Below, in pieces: positions 13,204 to 25,258 of a DNA stretch of 64,000 nt. Numbering within the stretch: the first letter of the stretch is position 1; every line of letters starts with the position of its first letter. The DNA is taken from contig NC_088855.1 in NCBI RefSeq assembly GCF_963853765.1, forward strand, positions 20,088,001 through 20,152,000, read 5' to 3'. The notes beneath the pieces are model-generated. The model saw only the letters and a program-made list of their open reading frames with translations, was not told where the DNA came from and searched no databases. The position numbers were made by a program, and so were the translations under genes. This DNA comes from Magallana gigas. Lineage: Eukaryota.

Positions 13204-16200
13204 CACGGATGGATGAAGGAGATCATACATGTATACCGGTTTATGAGATTGTTACATCACAAGATACCCCATTCTAGCTTTGCAACAACTTACCTGGGCT
13301 GTACGTATATTTTCAGCACCCATATAGGCTACTATACACACTTAAATTCTTTGTAAATATCAACATTCTGTGACCACGCATAGTCTCCGATTTTCTTCAA
13401 GACCCCATATTTCCTTAGCAACGGCAGTTTCAAGATGTTGAGTAAAGTTTAGATATATTTGATATAACAGTTTGGCATTTATCCTACAGATAACAACAAA
13501 GAATGGTTCTAAGTTTTGTTTAAAGGTCATATGAAACGATTTTTAACACTATGATTTTCTTTCATGAATATAAAGCTCGGTATAAACAAATGTTAAAATA
13601 CATGATGGAAGATTTTTTTGCCTTTGCATGACTGAGAAATAACCGTGAAAACTGAGCACCTGAAAAAATTCTTGCCCGCTTATCGTTCTTGATTTTGTGG
13701 ATTTATGACGTCACAAAGACCCACCGATGTAAACAATGCATTAAAACTAGTGTAATTTTACAGTATTTTATCGATTAAATTTTAGTAATTTTTGCATATA
13801 TGAACGTGTCTTTCTTTTCAAATGAGATCATTTGATTTCGTAGTAGCCTACAGATGACTTAGTTTTAATTGGTCGTTAATGAATAAATCTAATATCAGCT
13901 TCTCACAAAAGTAAAATCATGATGAAGATCCCGTACTGGAGTGGAAATTTAACGAAAAAATGCTCCATCATTAACAGATGATTAATGAATTATCCTTATC
14001 CTTTTGAAATAGAAACATCATTTTCTTCTTCGGTACGTATGATGATGGAGCTACATTTAAAGGGAATTAAAGCATTTAAATTGTTTGATTTATTTTGTCA
14101 CATAAAAAAGTATAAGGCAGGCCAATGACAATGTTTGAGGCATTGTGTACATAGTTTGTATTTAAGAGTTGCTATAAAATGCCGCAAAATTATTCTTAAA
14201 TTTTATTTCGAAATAATATAAATTTCTGACTTATTGATATATATATGTAGCAATATCTTTAGTTAATACTTTGTGTACATGTGTATTAACGTTTTATTAA
14301 ATTAGATCGCGGAAATATGGCATTTAAGGATTTAGAAATGTATCGGTAAAATAAATCGGTTGTTTGATAAAAATATTTGTGAACGAATGTGAAGATAATC
14401 AACAGATTTTATTAAGAACAAGCATCAATAATGATAAAAAAAACGAAAGAAAACATTGCGAAAGAAAGTGAGATAAAAGGGATCGGTGAGTAAACACCGC
14501 ACATACACGTTTTAAAATCAAAACACCGCACATTCAAGTACACGCGTACGTTTCAAAAACAAAACATTTGAAGAAATTTCTCTTAGACTAATAATAATTA
14601 AATGGTAACATATTTGTGAATTTGAAAGTGAAACAAACAATATAATCGTGAAGCGAATGAGGCACAATGAGGCCTACAAGTTGTTTAGAAAAAAAATCTT
14701 AATGAATTGCATGAACGTGCAAATGGGAAAAAACGATCAGATTTATTTTTGAATTTGTCAATTTCATTAAAAAGATCAAAATAAAACATATAAATATGCT
14801 TATATTAAAATTATATTATACTTGCATGTGGATCTATGAAGAAAATCATTTATTCTCCCTGCAGTCTCGAAACTGAATATCATTATGTACGTACACGCTA
14901 TTACATGTAAATAAAAACGCACACGATTTCATTTCTTGAGAGAAAAAATACTGACGTGGTTGATTATTGTATAATTATACAAGTTTTTATATAAAATAGT
15001 ATTTTTTTTCTTTTAAAATGCTGCAAAATGACATGGATATTTGTATTCACAACATAGCTTTATAAGGCGATTGGGTCTTACTGACGTCATAAGCAAGGGA
15101 GGTAAGCCGCGTAAGTCAATGTTCCTTTTCCCGATTAAGTAATTTTGATCGACTGTGGCGCTCACATTTTGCATGAAATATCCAAAAAACAATGTCAGTC
15201 TTATTAAATAGGCACTTATGAACTCATTCCCGTATATAACTCAATATGGTCAGGATATCGTTTCATATGACCTTTAAAACAAGGAGTTTTGCTTAAAAGA
15301 AAAACTATGATTTTCACAATTTTTTCTTATTCTTAACTGCATTACCATAGCAACAGACATGTGTCAAATTTTCAAATTTACTAGTATATTTAAAATACAG
15401 CTATAAATTTATGAGTTTGGTTTAATAATAACATCTATTTTGTTTTTAAAAATACGAAAAATCATGTTTTAAAAATGATTTTCAGTTACCATGGTAACAT
15501 TTTGTAGATTTTTATTTGCCAAGAAATATTATTTCATAATTAAAAATTGACGATATAGTTCATTTAATATTTTATATTTCATCACTAAGATAAGCTGCAC
15601 TTTCTTTTCGTATTACTGAGATTATTGTATAATAACCTTTGTGTATCAATTATTTTACAGTGACGCTGACGAGCTTTTTGATAGAAACCTTAAAACCATG
15701 ATAGACTGCATGGAAATGACAGCATCACTCGGAAGCCAGAACCCGATGATGCAAATCAAACCGTCTGGACTTTTCCCTCTTGCCTTATGTGTTTGTATTG
15801 AAATTACATTGTATATCCAAAATTCTCCTGATATAAACCACTATTTTACGACTTTATATAAATCATATAATAAATTTGTTAATAGAAATCTATTTCCACT
15901 GAAGTTCCATTTCCAAGTTCTCAACCGGAAATGGTGGAGAAAATAGCAAATTCGATAGAAACATCCAAAGAGGTAAGACGGGCGTTCTTTTAACAACAAT
16001 CAATTTGTGAGACTTTTATCTTTCGTTACCATAACAACTATATGTTTTTTGACAAAGTAAAATAATATTTTGAATAAAATACTTTTTACAAATGAATAGG
16101 TAACGGAATTGGGAAAACTTTCAACGACGGAAATTGGAGAACTTAACAAAGCTTTAAACAGAATAAATCAAATTTGTGAGGTAAGCTAGAATGTATTTTG

Positions 16201-17653
16201 CATACGAGCGTACATGTATTTTGCGACATTCTAGTATTTTTGATGAATTGTATGTAATTTTATACTAATAATATTGTTTCAGGTTGCCATGAAGAGAAAG
16301 CTAATGATTATGGTAGATGCCGAGTACACTTATTTGAATCCTTGTCTGAACTTGTTAACCCTGGCTATGATGCTTCACAGTAATCGCTCCGAACCACTCG
16401 TAGCCTACACTTACCAAAATTATCTTAAGGTTAGAATCGTCATATTGCATATTCGAATAGATTTCATTTGATTGCTTTCCATGACACGGCATTTTTTTTT
16501 TTATCTTTTTTTCCGCCAGGAAACCCCAAACATTCTCTTGAAGGACATCGAGCTTGCAAGGACACATGGCGTTACGTTTGGTGCAAAGCTCGTGCGTGGG
16601 GCCTACATCTACAAAGAGAGAGCTTTAGCCAAGGAGAAAGGATACCCAGATCCCGTTTGTGAAACTTTCGAGAAAACGACCGAAAACTACAACCGTTCAA
16701 TGGACATCATGATGGAGAAAGTCGTAGAGCATCCTGGGAAATTCTGCGTAACTATTGCATCTCACAACGAGGACACGGTCAAAAGAGGGACGAACAAGTG
16801 AGTACTTAGTATTTGGCCGTCACAGGAATAGTAAAATAATCATCTTGTTAACACTATATTCTGTTAACTTGACCTTTCCTTTTCATAGACATATAAAGAC
16901 ATCATTTGGCCTGTAGAGTGTTCGTATAGTAACCCAGCAGAGAAGGTGACGTGTGCAAGGAGAGGAACTCATTTTAATATCTCCTTAACATTTTATTAAG
17001 ATGACCTCAATGGAAACTAATTAGGTTTTTTGAATTTTCTAACAAGTCTTCCTATATAGATTGAAGTAAACTGTTTTAATCGTATATAGTTTGTTTTGTT
17101 GTTTAAGAGGCAATTGATCGAACACCTATATATTTTAGTTTGAAATAGACGAATCTTGTGAACATGCAGCTTTAATAATAAAGAATAAGTTCATGATATT
17201 ACGGTATTGGTTTTCTGTAATTGGCATTTCAGGATGGCTGAACTGGGCATATCAGGAAGAAGTTTAGACCAGAAAGTGTTCTTTGCACAATTGTATGGAA
17301 TGTCCGACTTCATTTCGATGTCTTTAGGTATAAAATATTAAAGAATTCTGTAATCTCCAGACGTAGATATATTTCTTGTAGTTTTTCAAAATTCCAACCA
17401 AATTCTTATTTTGTTGGAAAGTAGGACTTTCCTGGCGTCTAATAATTTTACAATACAATTTATTTCAGGCCAGGCAGGCTACATGACGTACAAATCCATT
17501 CCCTATGGCACTATTGATGAGGCTCTTCCATACCTTTCTCGAAGACTGAATGAAAATAGTTCCATACTGGGCGGAGTCAGAAGAGAACGCGAAATCATCC
17601 GCGCGGCCCTCGGTCGTCGTTTGTTTTCACCCACCAACTTAATGAAGCGATGA
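11748..17653 (+). CDS. PRODH2: Proline/hydroxyproline dehydrogenase (PRODH2-type), copy A, 486 aa; exons 11748-12014, 12971-13161, 15661-15790, 15886-15972, 16100-16180, 16283-16429, 16520-16797, 17233-17327, 17469-17653
   Basis: Nine GT/AG exons in consistent phase (1461 nt). Motifs: VYKQFVGG, MVDAEYTYLNP, FGAKLVRGAY, IASHNE, FAQLYGM, YKSIPYG, PYLSRRLNEN. YKSIPYG (Ser) is the PRODH2-type motif rather than PRODH1 YKYVPYG. Confidence 0.88.
13168..13201 (+). repeat. (AG)n microsatellite just after the exon-2 donor of PRODH copy A
   Basis: Pure AG run starting about 6 nt into the intron. Confidence 0.95.
13524..15273. mobile_element. 1.75-kb non-autonomous DNA transposon with TTAA target duplication (Kolobok-like)
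   Basis: TTAA|AGGTCATATGAAACGAT ... ATCGTTTCATATGACCT|TTAA: perfect 17-bp TIR with AG terminus and TTAA on both sides. Absent from the paralogous 415-bp intron of copy B. Confidence 0.8.
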
Positions 17654-18098
17654 CCGATATTCATACGTTTCCTTTTTTATATTTTTATATTCATTTTTAT
17701 TGATCAAAATGTTGTTGTGTTGTTTTTCGTAAAAATCTTACTTTTTTTCCATATGAATAACAACAATTCTATGATAATTATTATTTGATACTTTTCCTCA
17801 TTTATTATGAATAATACCATGGCTTCTATTTATTTTATTGTTGAAATGTTAAAATTGATATAATTGTATTTACAAATATTAAACAAAAATATACTGTAAT
17901 TATATGTTTTATACGGTTGATGGTCATAATAAAAATTGTACATTCTATTAAGTCAAAATTGTAAATAAAATGATTACAATAATTTACTTTATTTTTTTTC
18001 TTCTCTTTTTCACATCAAAAACACGTCTATGTGTTAAATGTTCGTGTACCACATGTTAGTTAACGTACAGGATAATAAACGGACAACTGATGGTCCTA

Positions 18099-18310
18099 TA
18101 CTGTATACAGGGTTATTTTTGCCCTGCGTAATTTTCGCCATTCTACACTTGCAAAGAGTTTAAACTTCTCTTGAATTCGCCTAGACACAGTTGTGTTTTA
18201 AGAGTGACAATTTGAGACATTGGAATTTTCTTAGTCTAAATTCGCCCAAAGACAACGAGGGCGGGAGAGATGAAAATAAAATGGAGGCTAATATTTCCCA
18301 GCATACAGTA
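18099..18310. mobile_element. MITE with TACTGTA...TACAGTA ends in the 5' region of PRODH copy B
   Basis: TACTGTATACAGGG versus TTTCCCAGCATACAGTA termini. A related inverted fragment lies at 49163. Confidence 0.65.
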
Positions 18311-18645
18311 ATTGAAGCTGGTTGCTCTAGTGAATTGATTTGGAAAAGGTATAAACCAACCAGACCTTTTTTTTTTTTTTAAAATATTTAATGCAAGCGT
18401 GTAGACATCCAACAATAATCAGTTTTGAAATGAATACATGTACGTTGTTTTGATATATTTCAGTTGCCAGCCAAGAATGTATACCGAGCGTTACAAATAT
18501 CTACTGAAGCGTTCCTTTGTCAACATGAAATTGTATTGTATGCCTCCTATATCGTTTTTCATTCCTTAAATTACTGAACCTATTTAAACAAATTTCAATA
18601 TGACAGACGGAATAAAATAACTGCTGAAAAAAACCAAAACAAGAG

Positions 18646-20335
18646 ATGCAGCGCGGAGTTTCGTATCAGAAACTCTTGGATGGATTGCAACAAAGAACAT
18701 GGAATTTACCATTTTACCGACAGCAAAACACTATAGCCAGTGGTGGAAGACACAGTTTCGCGATTCCTGGGCATCGTTTCACTCAGAACGAAACCATCAA
18801 TTTTGATGATGCAGAAAAAGCTTGCCAATCGAAAACAACTTTGGAGCTTTTGAGATCCTCTCTGATTCTAAATGCTTGCTCGGTAGAAACATTTGTAAAA
18901 CATAATTACAAGGTAAGTATTTTAGATTTTAAACAAAATCCGTTGAAGGAAAGGTACAATGTACATGTTTTGCTTATCAAATTTCGAAATGTAAACAATC
19001 TAATTTGATTAAATGATAATCATATTGTCAAAGTAATTCTGGAATATTTTGTCATTTTGAAATCACAAAATAGTAAGCCTACATGTACATGTATACCCCA
19101 CACACCCACCCCCTTCCGAAAAAAGAAGAATTATTTCCGGGCTGCTTTATATATTAAAATTTCGAAAAATTGGTGTAAGCATAGTACATATGATATCTAT
19201 TTAGTATTTGAAAATGTACATCTGAATCAACGCGACATACATACACCACAACAAACAATTTTAAGGTGAATAACCGTCGTTGGATAACTCTATTGCAGAC
19301 GCTTTTTAAATTAATTATTGACAAATTATAAACTTACTTCAGGTCTTAATATAAAGCAATTCTATTTGCATCAAAACTGTCAGAGTCAAAATATAGTTGA
19401 ACGACCCTGAAACTAAAACTGACACTGTATTTAGGTTCTGTACGTGTAACATAATCTTGAGCTAAAATAAATGTTTACTCTACAACAACTGACTGCTTCT
19501 CTTCACTTAGGAGGTTGGAACCTGAAATACCAGTAATGTCAATCACCCAAAAACCACTTGGATATAAAAATAGGGACCTAAAATGTTCTTTCTATATGTG
19601 ACCCATATCACATGCATTTTTGGGAAATAAAGGGCCCCAAACAGAAATGATAATAATTTTTCTGAATTTTTTGCTAACTTTTTGGCATGGAAATTGATTA
19701 TTTGAAGAAACCAAATATATATTGTTTGAACTATTAGTTGAAGACATGTAGTGACTATAAAAGTAATATCTAAGTCAAAGTTTAAAAGAATCATATAGTT
19801 TTTGAACACAGTCTCGAATTGCATAGTCTTACTCAGTTCTTTCAGAAGGAAAACGTATACTGTGGAATCATAAATGTTACTTTTCGAGGGGTTTAATTTT
19901 CGTGGATTATCAAATTTAACAAATCATGGGGATTTTCATGGATTTTTTGGTATAATAAATTAGATAATATTGTGATTCATATAAACCGATGGAAAAATAT
20001 TGTAAATTCACAAAGAGGGGAATGAGTTACATGAAATCAACAAACATTGTGTCAGCACGATTTCCTTCATTGAACTGATACATTCATACTTATAGTACAT
20101 ATACAGTGTTATTATTAGCTATTCCTTTCAAAATTCTCCAGATTTTGTCATGGACTCGCCGATTGATGGGGAGGTCGGTTTTCAACGCCATGATGCGCCC
20201 CACGGTCTACAAACAGTTCGTAGGGGGAGACGACTTCACGTCATTCCAAGAAACAGTCAGTCGTCTGCAAACCGTAGGGGTGAGACCCCTCGTCATGGTG
20301 ACCTTGGAAGAAGACGTCAAAGATGACGGACCGTA

Positions 20336-20388
<53 letters not shown>

Positions 20389-22671
20389 ATAACTTGGTAA
20401 TTGATATCATGGTACTCTTACAAGGTTAAAATTTACCCCGTCTAAGGTTTGTAATTTGCCCAAGATGTAAACTTAATATAGTAGCTACACAAACTTCATG
20501 TGTAGGTTGGTTTCTAAAAGGATCAGCAGCGCACAAATATGTTTTTATTGTGCGAAAGAAAGTTATACATCAGGAAGAACAATTCTATGCTTTGAACTAC
20601 TTCAGTTTGGTGTTTTTGCGTGGACGCTATCTTAAACTACGAGGCCTACGAGGTTCCATAATATTCTTAACTACATCGACATTATCCCAATATTTATAAA
20701 TTCATTTAAACGTGTCATGATTGAGTAACAACTGTTTTGTTTTACAGTGACGCTGACCAGCTTTTTGATAGAAACCTTAAAATCATGAAAGATTGCATGG
20801 AAATGACAGCCGCACTCGGAAGCCAGAACCCCATGATGCAAATCAAACCGTCTGGACTTTTCCCTCTTGCCTTATGTGTTTGTATTCAAATTATGTTCAA
20901 AATTCTGCTGATATTAACAACTATTATTTTAATACGGCTTTATAAATCTTTAAAAAAAATTTCATAGAAATCTGTGTCTGCTGAAATTCCATTTCCAAGT
21001 TCTGAACCAGAAGTTGTGGAGAAAATAGCAAACTCGATGGAAACATCCAAAGAGGTAAACTAATACTAACAATAAACTACCCCCAAATTTTAATCTCTCA
21101 AAAGGATCAACAATTTTTATTTGCGAGGGTATAATCTTTTATAAACATTTTTTTCCATAAAAGGTGACGAAATTGGGTAATCTCTCAACGATAGAAATTG
21201 CACAGCTCAACAAAGCTTTAAACAGAATAAAACAAATTTGTAAGGTAAGATGTAATATGAACACGAAACAAGTGGAAACTAGGGTATTATACGGGCAATA
21301 CATTTTGCATATTTTGCCCTATTCTAGTATCGTTAGTATATTCAGAACAAAACAATGAATATCATTAACAGGTTGCCATGGAGAGAAAGCTGATGATTCT
21401 GGTGGATGCCGAGTACACTTATCTGAATCCTTGTCTTAACTTATTAGCCCTGGCCATGATGCTTCACTGTAATGGTTCAGAGCCTCTCGTGACAAATACT
21501 TATCAAAATTATCTCAAGGTCAGGTTTGTTTTCATTCTTATTTTCACTTAATTTAATTTCAATGCATTCCAGGACACGAGAAAAACATTTCTCTTTTGTT
21601 TCCCTCCCCCAGGAAACTCCAAACATTCTCCTGAAAGACATCGAGCTTGCGCAGACGCATGGCGTTACGTTTGGTGCAAAACTCGTGCGTGGGGCCTACA
21701 TCTACAAAGAAAGAGCTTTAGCCAGTGAGAAAGGATACCCAGACCCCGTCTGTGAAACTTTCGAGAAAACGACCAAAAACTACAACCGTTCAATGGACAT
21801 CATGATGGAGAAAGTCGCAAAGCATCCTGGGAAATTCTGCGTAACTATTGCATCTCACAACGAGGACACGGTCAAAAGAGGGACGAACAAGTGAGTACTA
21901 AGTATTTTGCCTTCACAGGAATAGTTAGATAATCATCTTGTTAACAATATACTCTGTTAACTTAACTTTTCCTTTTCATAGACGTATAGAGACATCATTC
22001 GGCCTGTAGAGTGTTCGTTTAGTAAACCAACAGAGAAGGTGACGTGAGCACGCAATGGATATTTAGTATTATAAAGAACGGCAAAGCAGAATGAAAACGA
22101 TTTTATTAAAGTTTCTTTATATTTCCTATTAGTTCTGTCATGTAACTTGAAGTGAATTGTTGAAAGCGTTTGTGATGTTGACAGTTGATCAAACAACCTT
22201 TATCATTTTTTAGCATGAAATAAATCATGTAAATCTCCAAATATAAAAAAATATATTCAAATCATGGTTTTTGGCTTATTGCAATTTAAGGATGGCTGAA
22301 TTGGGAATACCAAGAAGTTCAGACCAGAGAGTTATCTTTGCACAATCATATGGAATGTCCGACTTCATTTCCTTGTCTTTGGGTAAATATTAATAAAATC
22401 TTTAATTCTAAGGCATCACATTTTATATACTTAGTAGTTTTTCAATTTTTGAATTTATCCTTTTCTGAATAATTTTAATTTTACAATATGATGTATTATA
22501 GGCCAAGCGGGCTACATGACGTACAAATCCATTCCCTATGGCACTATTGATGAGGCTCTTCCATACCTTTCTCGAAGACTTAATGAAAATAGTTCCATAC
22601 TGGGCGGAGTCAGACGAGAACGTAAAATCATCCGCGCGGCCCTCGGTCGTCGTTTGTTCTCATTCAACTAA
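18646..22671 (+). CDS. PRODH2: PRODH2-type dehydrogenase, copy B, 480 aa; exons 18646-18912, 20142-20332, 20748-20877, 20968-21054, 21164-21244, 21372-21518, 21613-21890, 22291-22382, 22502-22671
   Basis: Same nine-exon structure and phases as copy A with an intact frame (1443 nt). Exon 8 is one codon shorter, the motif reads FAQSYGM, and the stop is earlier (TAA at 22669, followed by the remnant TTA ACA AAG CGA TAA). Confidence 0.86.
19858..20050. mobile_element. Decayed MITE of the TACTGTGGAATC family in intron 1 of copy B
   Basis: The 5' end matches the TIR of the element at 365. No intact 3' TIR is seen. Confidence 0.4.
20339..20383 (+). repeat. (AG)n microsatellite after the exon-2 donor of PRODH copy B
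   Basis: Same position as in copy A, with a longer run. Confidence 0.95.
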
Positions 22672-23179
22672 TTAACAAAGCGATAAAAGTCAACACACAA
22701 GGCAAAAAAAAATCAATAATAATAATAAGTGGGAATATTCTGAAAAAGAATGACAATTTTCAATGTGTTACCTGCATCTAGGTAATTTATCAAATTATGT
22801 ATATTTGATTTTGACCGAAATATATAATTATATACATGTATTTTAAAAATCCATATGAGATGTTTTGTATTCACAACACCATTTTGTGATTATTTGTAAC
22901 GCATTTATACATTTTTAAAAAAGATTTATTTGGTTATTTTATTGTATTGTTATTGTATTTACAATTATTCAATATACAAAAATATTTGTACTTTTTTTTT
23001 TTAACGGTTTATGGTTATCTAAAAATATGTTAAACACTGGTACTCTATTAATGTTGTGAATAAAATAATTAAGACAATAATGCACCTTATTTTCTGTGTT
23101 AACTCACGGCTATTTGTGTTTAAACTTTGTAAAACGACTGCATGGTGACACGACATGCGACTTTTTTAGCTAAGATGAA

Positions 23180-23895
23180 AACTATGTTCAAATTTAACAT
23201 GGGGAGTCTGCCGGATTATTTATTTGATATTATTCCTAACAAGCGGGAAAATATATCGCGATACAACACACGAAACAAGGATCATTATTAATGTTCCTAA
23301 GTGCAGTTTAGATTTACTTAAAAAATCATTTGTACCCAATACTGTCAATCAATGGAATTTACTAAATATAGAAGCCAGAACAGCCACCTCAATCAATTTG
23401 TTTTGCAAACATATGCCTAAAGTTACGAAACCCCCTATTTATTTTTCTTTAGGCAAACGCTGTACCAACATTATTCATACAAAGCTGAGACATAACTGTG
23501 TATTAACCTATGATCTTTGTAAACGTAATATTATAAATATGTGGTCAAACAGAAGATGTGTATCATTTCTTTTTTTCTTGTAAAATATATTCTAGAGCGA
23601 GAAACAACATGTTTATGTTAGATTTAGTCAATATTGATACTAATTTACTTTTATATGGCAACAACAACCTACCTTTACATATCAACAAAAGCTTTTTTTG
23701 CTTCTGTACAAAAGTTTCTAGACGAATCTTTGAGATTTAAACAATATTTCTTTGTGTATATCTGTATTATAATTTCTTTTGTTCTATATTCATATGCATG
23801 ACAACTATTGTTATATTTAATGAGAGGAACTTGTAAGTTGTTAGAACTTGTTTCTGATCTTTTTGTTTAATCAATAAAATATGTTCAAAACAAAA
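23180..23895 (+). mobile_element. 5'-truncated, frameshifted non-LTR retrotransposon 3' end (CR1/L2-group-like)
   Basis: Broken frames read PDYLFDIIP...RYNTRN, KKSFVPNTVNQWN.L, P.YFSLGKR..NIIHTKLR, HFFFSCKIY..AR and LLLYGN, typical of post-RT LINE C-termini. They end in AATAAA and an A-rich tail near 23875-23895. Confidence 0.7.
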
Positions 23896-25126
23896 CTTTT
23901 TTCAAGCTCTAATTCGCAAAACATTGTTTTTCTACCACGAACGACGAATTTAAAAAGCATAGTTTTTTTTTTTTTTTTTTTTTTAATTATGCTTTATTAA
24001 TAGCATAGTTAATTTTAACTTGCGTTGCGAGGAATGAAATCAATATCATTTCACAAAAAAGAGTGGTATTTTTTTTTACGCCGAGATGGCAATTCTGATT
24101 TGTAAGAAATACTTAGGAAGATGTTTGCATTGAACACAAAGTCTTCAAAGTTTTGACAAAAAAGCTAAAAATTAAGAAAAGTATTTATAAACTGACAATA
24201 AGAAGATTAAATGTCGATCTCAGTTCACATTATGAACACTAATAACGTACAAAAAAAAAATTGACAAAATGCATTCGACACTTTAGAGCGTTTATTGCTT
24301 AAACAATTTTTAATTCAAATTAATTTGATTAAAATTTCATATTTTAAAATCATTCGCTTTTATATATATATGCGCAATACAACAAGAGCTAAATGGGCCA
24401 TGAATTGATATTTTCACTTTTTAATCTTAACCTTGAGACAGGTAAAATTTTTCAATGAAATATTATTTTAAAAACAGCAGGTACATTATGTGTCTACAAA
24501 AATAAGCATAGATACACATTACATAATGATATTCAGCTTGAAAACTAAAAAAAAAAGGAAACCAGAACACAAAAGAAACTAAAACCGAGGCAGATCTGCA
24601 ATTTAATCTAAATAAGATACATGTACCTTGCTAAATATGTCATCCTTTATTATTTGTGAATTGACATGCTGGGATTTAATATGCACATAGCAAGAAATTA
24701 ATGTTTGAAAATTGTTCAGCAATAAAGTATATTTCAAATTTCTACTTGAGAACTAACCCGTCTCTGTTTACAAAAATAATATGGAATACTAGTAAGGGAA
24801 TGTTTTGTTATAATAGAATTTTTACATTTTCTAGTGTATTTGTCAATGATAACACTACAAATCGATTTTTAATGTATTGTCCAACATGTTTTATCAGTAA
24901 CTATTTAACTTTTAATCGCATAATTGTTGAAAATTACATAAATGTACAAAATAAGAAACCATTCTTTGAATATTATCAGGAGACCACCTCCTTATACTCA
25001 ATAAAAGATTATATATTCTTTAAATATGTTCAGTTTCACGGCTTCTAGTAGATTACCTAGGGCTTTTTTCAGTCATTGATTCATGTTTCTTTAGATCTTT
25101 ATCGCCGTTATCACCTTTATCACCAT

Positions 25127-25258
25127 GATATTGCATCTTTAAATGTGTTGTGAAACACAGAAGGTAGTTGTAAAAATACACAAAATGCACATGTTATTTT
25201 TTAAATCGGCACCTTGAGTACATGAGCCATGTGCCGATCGTTAAAAAGATGCAATATC
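25127..25258. repeat. Nested inverted repeats (hairpin)
   Basis: GATATTGCATCTTT (25127) / AAAGATGCAATATC (25245) is a perfect 14-bp pair. Inner pair: ATCGGCAC / GTGCCGAT. Confidence 0.6.

Noticed and set aside
24701-25048. 115-aa AT-rich ORF
   Set aside because: Composition is typical of random AT-rich intergenic DNA, with no motifs.
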